Below are positions 39,106 through 51,780 of a stretch of DNA of 64,000 nucleotides, one piece after another. The position numbers and the translations under genes were made by a program. The DNA is from Nitrospinales bacterium. Its GTDB lineage: Bacteria; Nitrospinota; Nitrospinia; Nitrospinales; VA-1. Location: the NCBI GenBank assembly GCA_965223795.1, contig CBDCXL010000002.1:2176001-2240000 (forward strand). The letters run 5' to 3'. The notes under the pieces are model-generated. The model was not told the origin of the DNA. It saw nothing but the letters and a program-made list of their open reading frames with translations, and searched no databases. Numbering within the stretch: position 1 is the stretch's first letter; every line of letters starts with the position of its first letter.

Positions 39106-39903
39106 TCAATGCACGATCTTGTTCATGCCGCCGTCGATGGTGAAGTTGGCGGCGGTGATCCAGCTTGCGTGGTCGGAGGCGAGAAACAGCACCAGTCCGG
39201 CGACGTCCTGCGGCACGCCCATGCGTTTTAAAAGCACCAATTGGGAGGTCTGCTGCTGGATCTCTCTCGTGACGTCGGCCACCGGTTTGCCGGACTGGCC
39301 GGCGATGCCCTCCGCCTCCTTTTCCCAGGAACGCGTCCACACCGGACCGGGTGACACCGCGTTGACGCAGATGTTATCCGGGGCCAGCGACTGCGCCAGC
39401 GAGACGGTGAAATTGGCGAGCGCGGCCTTCATGGCGCTGTAATGGGGAAACACCTCTCCCGGCCGGGACGCGGCGTTGGAGCTGATGTTGACGATCCGCG
39501 CCGCGGACGATTTTTTCAGCGCCGGTACGCACAGACGCGTGAGCCGCACCGCCTGCAGCAGATTGATGTCGAACGAATTCTGCCAGTCGGCGTCGGTGGC
39601 GTCGAAAAACGTGGCGAGGTTCAGGATCGATCCCGCGTTGTTCACCAGAACGTCCAGACCCCCCAGGGTCTCCAGCACCTTATCGTGCAGGGACTGGATT
39701 TCCTCAAGCCGGGTCAGATCGGCGCGGTGAAAACAATGCCCCTTGCCCGCGATCTCCGCCGCCAGCGAATCGAGCCGGTCCTGGCTGCGGGCGCAGCCCG
39801 CGACGCGCGCGCCGGCATCCGCGAAGGCGAGGGCGAGGGTGCGGCCGATGCCGTCGCCCGCGCCTGTGATCAGGACCCGGCGGTCATTCAGATTCCAATC
39901 CAT
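39106..39903 (-). CDS. SDR family oxidoreductase
   Basis: TGAGDGIG, NNAG, YSAMK, VSPG. Confidence 0.92.
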   Translation of the reverse strand: MDWNLNDRRVLITGAGDGIGRTLALAFADAGARVAGCARSQDRLDSLAAEIAGKGHCFHRADLTRLEEIQSLHDKVLETLGGLDVLVNNAGSILNLATFFDATDADWQNSFDINLLQAVRLTRLCVPALKKSSAARIVNISSNAASRPGEVFPHYSAMKAALANFTVSLAQSLAPDNICVNAVSPGPVWTRSWEKEAEGIAGQSGKPVADVTREIQQQTSQLVLLKRMGVPQDVAGLVLFLASDHASWITAANFTIDGGMNKIVH

Positions 39904-39946
39904 GCTACAATCTCACTTTTTATTTCATCATTCCAGACGCCTGCGC

Positions 39947-40303
39947 ATGGATCCGGATCTGATCGATAAAGTCACAAGCTCTCCCTCGCTGTCCTGGGTG
40001 TTCGCCGCGATGGGCGTTCTCATCCCCAATGCGTTTCTGGGCGCTTACATGGCGTTTTTCAAGCGCACGCCGCCTCTCATCAAAACACACGCGGTGCTGT
40101 ATGGAGGCGTGGTCGCCGCGCTCATCGTCTTTCTGGTGCGCAACCACATCCACTACGGCAACACCGTGTGGGAGTACCTCATTTTCGCCTACTTTATCAC
40201 ACTCGTTCCGTTGAGCAAACGCTGGGACGTGCTGCTGCACGCCGTCGTCTGCATCGTCGGGCTGTTGCTGCTGCCGGTGCTGGTGCTGATCAAGATGTTC
40301 TGA
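39947..40303 (+). CDS. Small hypothetical membrane protein
   Basis: 118 aa from MDPDLID, four hydrophobic segments. Confidence 0.7.
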   Translation: MDPDLIDKVTSSPSLSWVFAAMGVLIPNAFLGAYMAFFKRTPPLIKTHAVLYGGVVAALIVFLVRNHIHYGNTVWEYLIFAYFITLVPLSKRWDVLLHAVVCIVGLLLLPVLVLIKMF

Positions 40304-40310
40304 CGATTCC

Positions 40311-40835
40311 TCACTGCACACGCTGGTAGTCGATCTGCACCACGTGGTTTTCCTTCCCCTTTTCGAATCCCGTCCAGCGCTGGGTGACGGTGTCCTTGTC
40401 TTTGAAAACGATGGTGGCGCCGTGCATGTGTTGATCGTGCGCCACGTCGATGGGCGCGTCCTTGGCCAGATCCAGCGTGATGCTGTCCGCGTCCATGCTT
40501 TTGAGCACCATCTTCGGCTGGTTGCCGATCATGCAGTAATGCGTCATCGACAGTTTCTTCGCGGCGTTGTCGTGATACACCGACACCATTTCCTGCGGCG
40601 AGCCGAGGGAAAACGTTTCCACGATGGCGCTGCCTCCCGAAGTGAGCCGGTATTCGGTTTTCATTTTCTGCGGGCCTTTGCCCATGTCCATCGTGCCTTC
40701 CCAAGTGCCCACCAGCTGTTTCATGCGTTCGAAGGCTTCGGAGCCCACATAGGGCTTGGGCATTTCCTCGGCGTACACGGACGCCGGACCGAAAAGCAGG
40801 ATGCCGAGCAGTGCGGTGATGACGATTCTTTTCAT
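40311..40835 (-). CDS. Hypothetical exported protein (beta-rich)
   Basis: Signal peptide ending VYA-EE; LVGTWEG and MTHYCMIGNQP motifs. Confidence 0.8.
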   Translation of the reverse strand: MKRIVITALLGILLFGPASVYAEEMPKPYVGSEAFERMKQLVGTWEGTMDMGKGPQKMKTEYRLTSGGSAIVETFSLGSPQEMVSVYHDNAAKKLSMTHYCMIGNQPKMVLKSMDADSITLDLAKDAPIDVAHDQHMHGATIVFKDKDTVTQRWTGFEKGKENHVVQIDYQRVQ

Positions 40836-41007
40836 CGCAGGATTCCTCCGGAAAATGCCGGGCCGAAACGGTGCGCGGGTTCGCGGCGGACACGGCGAAA
40901 CGGTTTTTGGATGTCCCTATTATATTCCTGGAAGATGAAAAAAACGAGAGAAGGGAGGGATGATTCTGTGCAGAACTGAACGGCTGGAAGCCTGAAATTC
41001 CGCGGGA

Positions 41008-41313
41008 TCAGTCCTTGAGGGCGGCCTTGACGGTGATGTCGCCGTACACTTTGGCGCGGCAGCCCAGTTTCTGGTTGGCACCGACCTTGTGCAGCCGTTC
41101 GATGAAGGTGTGGGGATCGACGTTTTCGAACGGCTCGACCTCGATGAGGCAGGTGCCGCAGGCGCCCATGCCCCTGCAATTCAGGTATTTGTGCATGCCC
41201 TTGTAGATTTCGATGTCCTTGTAGGCGGCGGCCTGACGCAGGTTGGCGCCGTAGCCTGCCTTGAAGGTGCTGGTTTCGCCGGTGTCCGCATTGATGACGG
41301 TGATTTTGGGCAT
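41008..41313 (-). CDS. [2Fe-2S] ferredoxin
   Basis: NCRGMGACGTC...LGC. Confidence 0.9.
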   Translation of the reverse strand: MPKITVINADTGETSTFKAGYGANLRQAAAYKDIEIYKGMHKYLNCRGMGACGTCLIEVEPFENVDPHTFIERLHKVGANQKLGCRAKVYGDITVKAALKD

Positions 41314-41395
41314 GACTGGGGTTACTTTCGTCTTGTATTGGGATTATGGAAAAATAAGGGGTTCATTCTCCATGCCGGAGGGTAAAAGTCAATCC

Positions 41396-43231
41396 CTAAA
41401 TGGAATAATTGTGGCCGGTCAGGATTTTCTGACCCTTTAAGTAATCGTAGATTTTTTTTGCGGCCTCGCCCTGATTTTTCACTTCTTCCAGGGTCAGCGA
41501 CAGGTTCGCGCTGGCGCCCGGTTCCACTGAGTCTGTGACCTCGATTTCGACCACCGGATACGGTTCCGCCAAAAGCCGGATGTCCGCGTCCTCGTTCTGG
41601 TTGTAGGCGTTGGAGGTGGAGATGACCACATGCCCCGCGTCGAGGAACAGCTTCGCCACCTCGCCGAAGCGCCGCACCGTCTCTTCGGTGGGCGGGCTTT
41701 CCATACTCGGGGCGATGTCCGCCGACACGCCGAGCCGCACGTTGCGCCGGTCCAGCAGATAGCTCTGGAAATTGAGCTTGAACAGCTTTTCCTCCAGGTG
41801 GCGGGCGAGGTCCGCCTTGCCCACGCCGCTTTCCCCGGAAATCAGGATGAGCGCGGCGCGGTGGCCGTTGCGGTAGGCGCGCTCCTCGGATTTGATGTTG
41901 CTCTTCACCCAGTTGAAATCACGCACGCGCACTTCGTCGCGCAGCTTGTCTTCCTTGTTCGAGGGCGTGTAGGTGATGATGATGCCGCCGCCGCAGACGT
42001 CGTATTCGTCGACGATCACGAATCGGCCGGTGGTGGCGCTGGTGCCGAACAGGTCGAACACCACGGGGGTGCGGGTCTTGAAGGTCAGTTCGGCGACGTC
42101 GTTTTTGGCGATGAACTGCTGATTGGGGAGCGTTTCCAGGGTCGAAGCGTCGATCACTTTCTTGAATTCCACCACCTCGCACTCCACCTCCTGCGTGGTC
42201 AGCTTGATGGTGTAGGTGCGTCCCTTTTCCAGATGGCGTTTGCCCATCCAGAACAGGTTGGCGTCGAAGGTGGTGGAGACGATGGGCGGTTCGTCCACGC
42301 GTGTGGCGATGTCGCCGCGTTCGACGAAGATCTGCTCGTCCAGCGTGAAGCCGATCGACTGCGAGGCGTCCGCCTCTTTGGGCTGCTGGGGCACGCTCCA
42401 GGCTTCGATGGAACGGACCATGGCCTTTTTGTTCGACGGGGAAAACATCAGGTGATCGCCGACTTTGAGCCTGCCCGACTCGACACGGCCTGCGATGATG
42501 CGGCGCTGATCGAATTTGTACACGTCCTGCACCGGAAAGCGGAAGGGCAGGTGGCTGGGCGGCAGCTGCTCCTCGAACTGATCCAGCATCTCCAGCACGG
42601 TCGGGCCCTGGTACCAGGGCATCTCGCCGGCTCTCTTGGCGATGTTGACGCCCTGCTTGGCGGAGACCGGAATGAACTGCCTCGCTTCGATGCCGAAGGA
42701 TTTCAAAAAATCGGTGTATTCGGTTTTGATCTTGAAAAACGTTTCCGGGTCGTACTTCACCAGGTCCATCTTGTTGACGACCACCGCCACCTGAGTCAGT
42801 CCCAGAAGTTTCAGGATGTAGCCGTGGCGGCGGGACTGTTCCTGCACGCCTTCGTAAGCGTCGATGAGCAGCAGGGCGGAGTCGGCGTTGGCGGCGCCGG
42901 TGACCATGTTCTTCAAAAACTCCTTGTGGCCGGGCGCGTCGATGATGACGTAGGGCCGCTTGGCGGTGCGGAAAAAAATCTGGCTGGTGTCGATGGTGAT
43001 GCCCTGGTCCTGCTCTTCCTCAAGGGCGTCGAGCAGAAACGCGAACTCGAAGGATTTGCCCTGGCGTTCGCAGATGTCCTTGACGAAATCGAGCTTGCCG
43101 TCGGGCAGGCTGCCGGTGTCGGAAAGCAGTCGGCCGACGAGGGTGGACTTGCCGTGGTCCACGTGCCCGACGATGACCAGCCGCATCTGCCGCGAAGAGG
43201 TTGCGGGCGGGGTGCCGTTGCCGCTCATCAC
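41396..43231 (-). CDS. cysN: Sulfate adenylyltransferase large subunit CysN with degenerate APS-kinase-like C-terminal domain
   Basis: [25 protein letters not shown]-terminal domain GESGVGK. Confidence 0.92.
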   Translation of the reverse strand: MMSGNGTPPATSSRQMRLVIVGHVDHGKSTLVGRLLSDTGSLPDGKLDFVKDICERQGKSFEFAFLLDALEEEQDQGITIDTSQIFFRTAKRPYVIIDAPGHKEFLKNMVTGAANADSALLLIDAYEGVQEQSRRHGYILKLLGLTQVAVVVNKMDLVKYDPETFFKIKTEYTDFLKSFGIEARQFIPVSAKQGVNIAKRAGEMPWYQGPTVLEMLDQFEEQLPPSHLPFRFPVQDVYKFDQRRIIAGRVESGRLKVGDHLMFSPSNKKAMVRSIEAWSVPQQPKEADASQSIGFTLDEQIFVERGDIATRVDEPPIVSTTFDANLFWMGKRHLEKGRTYTIKLTTQEVECEVVEFKKVIDASTLETLPNQQFIAKNDVAELTFKTRTPVVFDLFGTSATTGRFVIVDEYDVCGGGIIITYTPSNKEDKLRDEVRVRDFNWVKSNIKSEERAYRNGHRAALILISGESGVGKADLARHLEEKLFKLNFQSYLLDRRNVRLGVSADIAPSMESPPTEETVRRFGEVAKLFLDAGHVVISTSNAYNQNEDADIRLLAEPYPVVEIEVTDSVEPGASANLSLTLEEVKNQGEAAKKIYDYLKGQKILTGHNYSI

Positions 43232-44049
43232 ATGTACCCCCGGGCGCGCAGCTTCTGCATGGCGTAGGTGTCCTCCTGGTCCTGCGCGCGGCCGGACCGC
43301 TCGGAAGTCGTCGTGTTGTGCCGGAGCTCCTCGACGATCTCATCGACGTTCTTGGCGGCGGATTCGATGGAACCGGTGCAGGGCGCGCAGCCCAGCGAAC
43401 GGTAGCGCCGTCCCTCCGCGTTGGCGAAGTACAGGTCGATGATGGGAATCTTTTCACGCTGGATGTATTCCCAGACGTTGAGCTCGGTCCAGTGCAGGAT
43501 GGGGTGGATGCGGATGTGCGTGCCTTCCTTGAACGTGGTCTTGAACTGGTCCCACAACTCCGGCGGCTGGTCCTTGAAGTTCCATTCGAAATTCTTGTCG
43601 CGCGGCGAGAAATACCGCTCCTTGGCGCGGGTGCCTTCCTCGTCGCGGCGGATGCCGAGGATGAGGCCGGTGTAGTTCTTCTCGTCCATGACGCTCTGCA
43701 GTCCCTGCGTCTTGAGCGCCTCGCAGCACACCATGCGGCCCATCTCGTGGTTCATGCCCTCGGCGAGGGCTTTCTTGTTCTGTCCCACCACCAGGTTGAG
43801 TCCCCATTCCTTGGCCACGCGGTCGCGGTACTCGATCATCGCGGGGATCTTGTAAGAGGTGTCGATGTGCACCAGCGGGATGGGACAGTGGCCGAAAAAC
43901 GCCTTGCGCGCCAGCCACACCAGCACGGTGGAGTCCTTGCCGATGGACCAGAGCATGGCCAGGTTCTTGAAATTTTTATAGGCTTCGCGCAGGATGAAAA
44001 TGCTTTGGTTTTCCAGTTCGTCCAGATGGTCGGTCATCGTCGGTACCAT
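43228..44049 (-). CDS. cysD: Sulfate adenylyltransferase small subunit
   Basis: SIGKDS, RRDEE, QPPELW, RSLGC, GYM end; start 44049 or 44037. Confidence 0.95.
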   Translation of the reverse strand: MVPTMTDHLDELENQSIFILREAYKNFKNLAMLWSIGKDSTVLVWLARKAFFGHCPIPLVHIDTSYKIPAMIEYRDRVAKEWGLNLVVGQNKKALAEGMNHEMGRMVCCEALKTQGLQSVMDEKNYTGLILGIRRDEEGTRAKERYFSPRDKNFEWNFKDQPPELWDQFKTTFKEGTHIRIHPILHWTELNVWEYIQREKIPIIDLYFANAEGRRYRSLGCAPCTGSIESAAKNVDEIVEELRHNTTTSERSGRAQDQEDTYAMQKLRARGYM

Positions 44050-44106
44050 GGTGTTGTTTGCCGGAACGGCCCCACTGTAGCGTTTTGCGGCCGTTCGGGC
44101 AAGAAT

Positions 44107-45632
44107 TCAGATGTATTCCCGGCGCAGCAGCTCGGGAAAGCGGCAGCGGTGGCAGTTGTTCTGGTTCTGCGTGCAGAAATCCTGATAGATCTGCATGAGG
44201 CCCTGCATGTGCCTGTCGTTCTTGAGGGCCTTGATCCGGTCCCTGTCGCCGCCGAACACGTAATGCTTCATGAAGCGCAGCAGCTTGTTGTCTCCGGTCG
44301 ATTTGCGCGCCTGAAACAGCATGTTGAAACCGGTTTCCAGCTTGAGCGACTTGGCGGCGCGGGCGTAGATCAACCCGATGGGCACGGCCATGTTGATGGT
44401 GATCTCGCCGGAGCGGGCCGGGCCGATCAACTGCTGGCCTTTTTCCAGCCTTTTTCCGCCAGGGGCGAGGTGAAACGCCCAGTAGTCGTCCGCCTCAACA
44501 CAGAAAAAATCAGTGAGTTTCCCCGGAATCGGCCCATTATAACCTTTAGATGCAAAAATGGAAAACGCGGATTTGAATTCGCGCAACAGGGCGGCGAACA
44601 GCCCTTCTTCGCGATGCCTGAGCAACAGGTGCGCGAGTCCGGCGATGCGCCGGTACGGCGAATTCGCGGGGCGGATACCGCCGAATTTCCACATGCCGAA
44701 ATCCAGCGGCGGGGCGGGCAGCCGGCTGCGCAGCGATTCCCACAGCCGCTTGAGCGTGGAAAAGTAGTCTGTGTCCTGCGGCGGCAGTTTTGTGATATCG
44801 AGCGATTTGAAATCGATCATTCCCGCCATGCCGAACAGCACCGCCTGCAGCGTGAGCACCGGACCGGCGGACGTGTCCTCGCTCAGGGTGCACAGGACGT
44901 CGAGGCGCGCCGCCTGAGCCAGCCTGCGGAAAGGCTCTTTGTTGTTGGGGTAGCCCAGCGCTTCGGCGACGGCCTCGTAAAAGGTCTGCTCGTAGCCGTG
45001 CATGAGGATGCGGTCGTGGAAGCGGTCCATCTTGGTCTGGATGCGGGCGTCGCCCGCCGCGTTCAACAGCTCGGCGATACGCTCGTGCGACAACCGGGAA
45101 AACGGTTCGTGGCAGAGGCCGAACTCGCTCTGATGGTGCTGCGGGTAGTCTTCAAAATCCAGCTCGTCCTTGAGATCGAGGATGCCCTTGGTCAGATGGT
45201 CTTTGATCTCAAGCTCAAAGCGGGGCAAAAGCGCATCGTCGGTGGGCCGGGTTCGCCCGGGGCTGCGCCAGAGGTACACGTGCAGGATCACCCGTTCGTA
45301 GTCGGGGTCGCCGGAATGCGCCAGCGCGTCCCAGTCGCCGGAATAGATGTGGATCTCCACGTCGCCCTCGTGGATCTCGCCGTCGACCTTGATAGCGGCG
45401 GATTTGAAATCCGGGCCCGGCCCGAAATTCCAGTAACCGGGAAACAGGATCTTAAGCGTTTCCCCATTTTGCGTTTTAAGGGTGGTGTTCTTGAACAGCT
45501 GTGCGTTCCACACGCAGCGCACGGTTTTCTCGGGAACGCGGATCTGCGGCAAACCGGGAACGGCGGTCACCCGGTTCAGATCCCGGGCGAAGGACCGGTA
45601 CGGATTGGCGGATCCGGAATGCGGCGCGGGCA

Positions 45633-45648
<16 letters not shown>
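44107..45648 (-). CDS. DUF2851-like protein
   Basis: PGYWNFGPGPDF, GDVEIH, VILHV, GIRPANSPYRR, C-terminal CTQ..CHRC. Confidence 0.75.
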
Positions 45649-47078
<1,430 letters not shown>

Positions 47079-47198
47079 GGCGTCAAAGTAGCATTGTGGT
47101 TTCGGCAAAGTCAAACGAAAGCAGGGCCTCCGGGACGCGCGCCAAAGCGGTGCCTGCAGTGGTCCTGAGCGCGGGCGAACGGGACGGGAACGCCGGGA

Positions 47199-49178
47199 TC
47201 ACTTGCTCTCGAATTCCGGGTTCAGGCGCGCTTCCAGCTCGCGGACGTTGTTGCGCAGCTGGCTGACGACGAACTCGGCCTTGTTTTTGAGGATCTCCTC
47301 GGTCACTTCGCCTTTTTTCACGCCGATGCCGGAGATCATCTTGCGGATTTCGTCGAGTTTTCTTTCCAGCTGGATGCTGCGCCGGTGGCTGAAGCTTTTG
47401 GCGATGGCGCCCTTCAGGCCCTCGCCGTCGAAATGCTTGGTGATGGCCATGAGCATGCGTTTGCGGGGGATGGATTTTTTACCCTGCTTCCAATCCTCGA
47501 TGGCCTGAAACATTTCCTTTTCGATGTTGTCGACGATGGCGTTGTAGTCGGTCGGGTCCACCAGATCGTGGATCTCTCCGGGTTTGGACGCCGAGGCGAT
47601 GGTGAAGTCGATGTTCTGGTCGTCGCCGTTGAGCTCGATGGGCTTGAGCTGCTTTTCCACGATGGCGGGATCGAGGCTGGGGTGCCACACCTGCAGCAGG
47701 TACCCCTGGCTCTTGACCTTGTCGAAGCTGTATTCGCCGTTCTCGTCCGGTTCGGTGTGGTAGCCGTTGGGGACGACGAAGATCGTTCCCAGCATGTCCT
47801 TGTGCATGTTGCAGCGCAGCACCACGGGACCGGCCTGGGTGAATTCGAGGGTCTTTTGCGAACCCGCCGCCATGGCGCCCAGGTTGAACTGGTTGTTGCG
47901 CGACTTGGAATAGATGTTGTGCACTTCGCGGTCCTGGTTGACGAAGGTGACCTTGGAGCCGACCGGGACGACGCTGTGCTGGGGAATGAACTGCAGGCCG
48001 CTCTGCACCACCTTGAGTTCCACGGTTTTCTGGTTGGGAACGCGCAGCTTGTTCTTGGTCTCGAGAAACACCACCGAGGGCCGGGTGATGGGCTGGCCAT
48101 TCACCTTGATGACGCCCTTCAGGTTGGTGGTTTCCTTTTTCATCTTGGAGCCTTCCATCTTGGACCCTTCCGCCTTGTGGTCGGACCCTTCGGATTTTTT
48201 GACTTCCGGTTCTTTGGCGGGCTCAGGCTCCTTTTGCGGCTCCGCCTTGGCCTGCTCGATGGTTTCGGCTTTTTCCGGTTCGGGCGCGGGCGTGTTCGGG
48301 GTGTAGCGGCCCATCGCGGTCAACAGCTGGATGACGAACGGTTTCTCGAAGGATTTGTCGATGGCGATGGCGCGCTCGAACGGATCCGCCGCCTCTTCGT
48401 ATTTCTTCTGAATGCCGAGCACCACGCCAAGATTGAAATGCGCCCAGCCGAAATCGGGATTCAGCTCGATGGCCTTGCGGTAGCTGGCTTCCTCCTCGGC
48501 GTACATTTTCTTCTGGCCGTAGCTTTTACCCAGGTAATTGTAGGCAAGGTAGTTGTCCGGCTCCAGTTGCAGCGTTTTTTTGAACAGGCGGATGGCTTCG
48601 TCCGATTCGCGCTGCTCCACGGCGGTCATGCCCCAGTTGAACAGGATCTCCACGTCGTCGGGCGCCAGTTCATGCGCGCGGGCGAACTTCTTGCTCGCGC
48701 CCTGGAAGCGCTTCTGCATGCGCAGCGCCGCGCCCCAGATGGAGAACAGTTCTGGCGAATCGGGAGCGATCTTCGCGGCCTTTTCAAACTCCAGCGCGCC
48801 GGCGTTGAATTTTCCCTGTTCGGTGAGTTCCATGCCCTTGGAGATGTGTTCCAGCGCTTCGCGCGGCAGGTTCACGCCCGAAGGGGGCGAGGGAGCCGCG
48901 GCGGTTTCGGCGACGGGATCGGCGTCGTGGGTGCGGGCCAGGGTTTCGGAATCGTCGTCGGCGGGTTTTGTTTCTTTCTCTGCCGCCTGGACGGAGGTTT
49001 TCTTGAATTTGGTGTAGGGCTCGAGCTGGCTTTGCGGGCTCGAATAGTGCATCAGCGCCCAGGCGATGCCCGCGGTGACGGCGAACCACAACAGCGGCGC
49101 GGTGAACCGGCGCGCCGGTTTTCCGGCGGATTGAGGATGGGGATTGTGGGATTTTCTGGTTTTCTTTGTGGAACCCAT
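47199..49178 (-). CDS. Membrane-anchored TPR / cupredoxin-domain multidomain protein
   Basis: N-terminal TM helix, about 5 TPRs, cupredoxin HNIYS...CNMHKDM, beta-sandwich, helical C-terminal domain. Confidence 0.85.
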   Translation of the reverse strand: MGSTKKTRKSHNPHPQSAGKPARRFTAPLLWFAVTAGIAWALMHYSSPQSQLEPYTKFKKTSVQAAEKETKPADDDSETLARTHDADPVAETAAAPSPPSGVNLPREALEHISKGMELTEQGKFNAGALEFEKAAKIAPDSPELFSIWGAALRMQKRFQGASKKFARAHELAPDDVEILFNWGMTAVEQRESDEAIRLFKKTLQLEPDNYLAYNYLGKSYGQKKMYAEEEASYRKAIELNPDFGWAHFNLGVVLGIQKKYEEAADPFERAIAIDKSFEKPFVIQLLTAMGRYTPNTPAPEPEKAETIEQAKAEPQKEPEPAKEPEVKKSEGSDHKAEGSKMEGSKMKKETTNLKGVIKVNGQPITRPSVVFLETKNKLRVPNQKTVELKVVQSGLQFIPQHSVVPVGSKVTFVNQDREVHNIYSKSRNNQFNLGAMAAGSQKTLEFTQAGPVVLRCNMHKDMLGTIFVVPNGYHTEPDENGEYSFDKVKSQGYLLQVWHPSLDPAIVEKQLKPIELNGDDQNIDFTIASASKPGEIHDLVDPTDYNAIVDNIEKEMFQAIEDWKQGKKSIPRKRMLMAITKHFDGEGLKGAIAKSFSHRRSIQLERKLDEIRKMISGIGVKKGEVTEEILKNKAEFVVSQLRNNVRELEARLNPEFESK

Positions 49179-49341
49179 GAACGGCGACCTCTATGCGCTG
49201 CGATTGATGGAATTTTGCATGAACCAGCCCTTAAAGACCTCCAGGCCGCGCGTCTATTCCCCATGCTGCCGTAAATACCGGAAGATGGGGGAGCAAGCGG
49301 GCGTTGCAGGACCGGGTGAAGGGCGTGTCTGTACTTTTCCG

Positions 49342-49593
49342 CTACAATTCGGAACGAAGCCTGGGAATCGGCAATTTGAAGATGTCCTTGTTGGGATAAT
49401 CGTCGATGGTCGCCGGCTTTTTCTTGCTCGCGGCGGAGACCCCCTGGATTTTCGAGGAAAAGGTGGAAAATTTATGCCTCACCCGGGAGGAACCGCATTC
49501 GGAACAGGTGGTTTCCTCCTTGTTCACGGAAGCGGACTGCAACAACGTGAATTCCTGCTGACACTCTTCACAATGGTATTCGTACAGGGGCAT
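49342..49593 (-). CDS. FmdB-family zinc-ribbon protein
   Basis: MPLYEYHCEEC...CSECGS. Confidence 0.88.
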   Translation of the reverse strand: MPLYEYHCEECQQEFTLLQSASVNKEETTCSECGSSRVRHKFSTFSSKIQGVSAASKKKPATIDDYPNKDIFKLPIPRLRSEL

Positions 49594-49761
49594 GGAGTTT
49601 TCTCAAGCCTTTAGCAAATATCTGGTTGAAATCATGAGAATATTAGGATTAAATCATAGCCCCAAACGGCCTGTCAATCGGATTTTCCCTCACCCGGCGG
49701 GCTTTCGGGGCGTCTCTGCAATTCCTTTTGAACAAAGCACTTTAAAAGCTTGAGGTGGGTT

Positions 49762-50940
49762 GTGGGCCAGACTGCGAAATCGCCGGACAAGCGCCTCCTC
49801 CACGCGCTCGAAGGCAGGTCCGGATACCTGCCCTGCCAGATGATCGAGCAGGCCTATCTGGAAGGGCACATCCACGCCGAATCGCCGGTATTTCAGACCC
49901 AGTTTCAGCCGGTCAGCCTGGATCTCAGGCTGGGCGCCAAGGCGCACCGCATCCAGTGCAGCTTTCTGCCGGAGAACGAGACGGTCGAGAGCAAGCTCAA
50001 GGAAGTGGCGTTGTACGAGTTCGATCTTCTGGGTGCAGGCGGGGTGCTGGAAAAAGGCGCCATCTACCTCATCCCGCTTTTAGAGGAGGTGAACTTCCCG
50101 CCAGAGCTGTTCGGCCTCGCCAATCCCAAAAGCTCCACCGGGCGGCTGGACATGTTCACGCGCGTCATCGTCGACCACGGCCACCGGTTCGATGAGATCC
50201 CCGCCGGGCACAAGGGCAAGCTGTATCTTGAAATCATTCCGCGCTCGTTTCCGGTGAAGGTGAAAGCCGGATTGTCGCTCAACCAGCTGCGCGTCGGCAG
50301 CACCGCTTCGGTGACGCTGGAAAAACAGAGCCTCGCGGAAGATTACAAAAAAAGCCCGATTCTGTTCGACCGCGAAGGCGCCGAGATCCCGTTCGAAAAC
50401 GTCAAGGTGGACAGCGGGCTGTTCATCGGCGTCGACCTTTGCGGCGGCGGCGAGCAGGACATCATCGCCTACAAGGCGAAAACCAACTCCAGCATCATCG
50501 ACCTGTCGAAGACGCATCATTACGAGCCGCTGGAGTTCTGGGAACCGATCTACCGCACGCGCAACAACCGGCTGATTCTGGAACCGGAGAGTTTTTACAT
50601 CATGATGTCGAAGGAGAAAGTCTGCATCTGGCCGCACCTGCTCGCCGAGATGGTGGCGTGGGAGCCGAACAGCGGCGAGTTGAGAACGCATTACGCGGGC
50701 TTTTTCGATCCGGGGTTCGGCTGGAACCAGACGGATTCGAAGCACGGCCAGGGGACCTGCGCGGTCATGGAAGTGCGGCCGCACGACGTGCCGTTCATGG
50801 TGGAGGATGGGCAGACGTTCTGCCGCCTGAAGTTCGAGCAGATGGTGGATGAGCCCGACAAGGTGTACGGCAAAAACATCGAGTCCCACTACCACTCCCA
50901 GGGCCTCGCGCTCAGCAAGTACTTCAAAACCGATTCCTGA
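49762..50940 (+). CDS. dcd: 2'-deoxycytidine 5'-triphosphate deaminase (long two-domain type)
   Basis: QPVSLDLRLG, NPKSSTGRLD, HYAGFFDPGFG, QGLALSKYF; GTG start after GAGGT. Confidence 0.88.
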   Translation: MGQTAKSPDKRLLHALEGRSGYLPCQMIEQAYLEGHIHAESPVFQTQFQPVSLDLRLGAKAHRIQCSFLPENETVESKLKEVALYEFDLLGAGGVLEKGAIYLIPLLEEVNFPPELFGLANPKSSTGRLDMFTRVIVDHGHRFDEIPAGHKGKLYLEIIPRSFPVKVKAGLSLNQLRVGSTASVTLEKQSLAEDYKKSPILFDREGAEIPFENVKVDSGLFIGVDLCGGGEQDIIAYKAKTNSSIIDLSKTHHYEPLEFWEPIYRTRNNRLILEPESFYIMMSKEKVCIWPHLLAEMVAWEPNSGELRTHYAGFFDPGFGWNQTDSKHGQGTCAVMEVRPHDVPFMVEDGQTFCRLKFEQMVDEPDKVYGKNIESHYHSQGLALSKYFKTDS

Positions 50941-51060
50941 TTTTTCTCAGCGCTTTCATCTCTTTCTCAACGCGTGCGCGCGGCAGCAATTTTATTGCCG
51001 GGGCGCTTGGGGATCGCAACGGATTGTATTAGAATGGACGGGTGAGAAAGGAACACGCCT

Positions 51061-51759
51061 GTGGAACGCGAAGAACTCAAAGCCATCACCGAAAACCTGC
51101 TGCTCGCCTCGGACATTCCCGTGAGCGCGGACGATCTGCAGCGCACGGTCTCCAACGCCACGGAGAAAGCCGAGTGGCGCTCGATCCTGGAGGAAATCCA
51201 GGAGGAGTACCGCGCGCGCAACCTGCAGGTGACGGAAGTCGCCGAGGGCTTTCAGCTGAGCACCCGGCATGAGTATTCGGAATGGATCCGCAAGTTCCTC
51301 AAGATCGACAAGTCGACCAAGCTGTCGCAGCCGAGCCTCGACACGCTGTCCATTATCGCCTACAAGCAGCCGCTGACGCGGCAGGAGGTGGAGGACATCC
51401 GCGGCGTCGATTCCAGCGGCGTGATCAAGACGCTGCTCGAGAAAAAGATCATCGGCCCCGCCGGGCGCAAGAAGGTCCCGGGACGGCCCATCATGTACCG
51501 CACCACGCGCAAGTTCCTGGAATACTTCGGCCTCAAGGATCTGGGCGATCTGCCGACGCTGGAGGATTTCAAGGAGGAACTGGCGGGCGAGCTGGACGGC
51601 GCCGCGCAGGAGTCGATCGGCTTCGACGAGGCGGATGCGGACGGCGCGGCGGCAGCCGAAGCGGCCGATTCGATGCCGGAGACCGCAGCGGTGGAAGTGG
51701 CGACGGGTGAGGAACCCGGCGCACCGGCAGACGGGGAGGAAACGGATCCCGCTGGATGA
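51061..51759 (+). CDS. scpB: SMC-Scp complex subunit ScpB
   Basis: VAEGFQL, LSIIAYKQPLTR, IRGV, GRPIMYRTT, FLEYFGL; acidic tail. Confidence 0.95.
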   Translation: MEREELKAITENLLLASDIPVSADDLQRTVSNATEKAEWRSILEEIQEEYRARNLQVTEVAEGFQLSTRHEYSEWIRKFLKIDKSTKLSQPSLDTLSIIAYKQPLTRQEVEDIRGVDSSGVIKTLLEKKIIGPAGRKKVPGRPIMYRTTRKFLEYFGLKDLGDLPTLEDFKEELAGELDGAAQESIGFDEADADGAAAAEAADSMPETAAVEVATGEEPGAPADGEETDPAG

Positions 51760-51780
51760 GGGCGCTGGGATCGGGATGCC

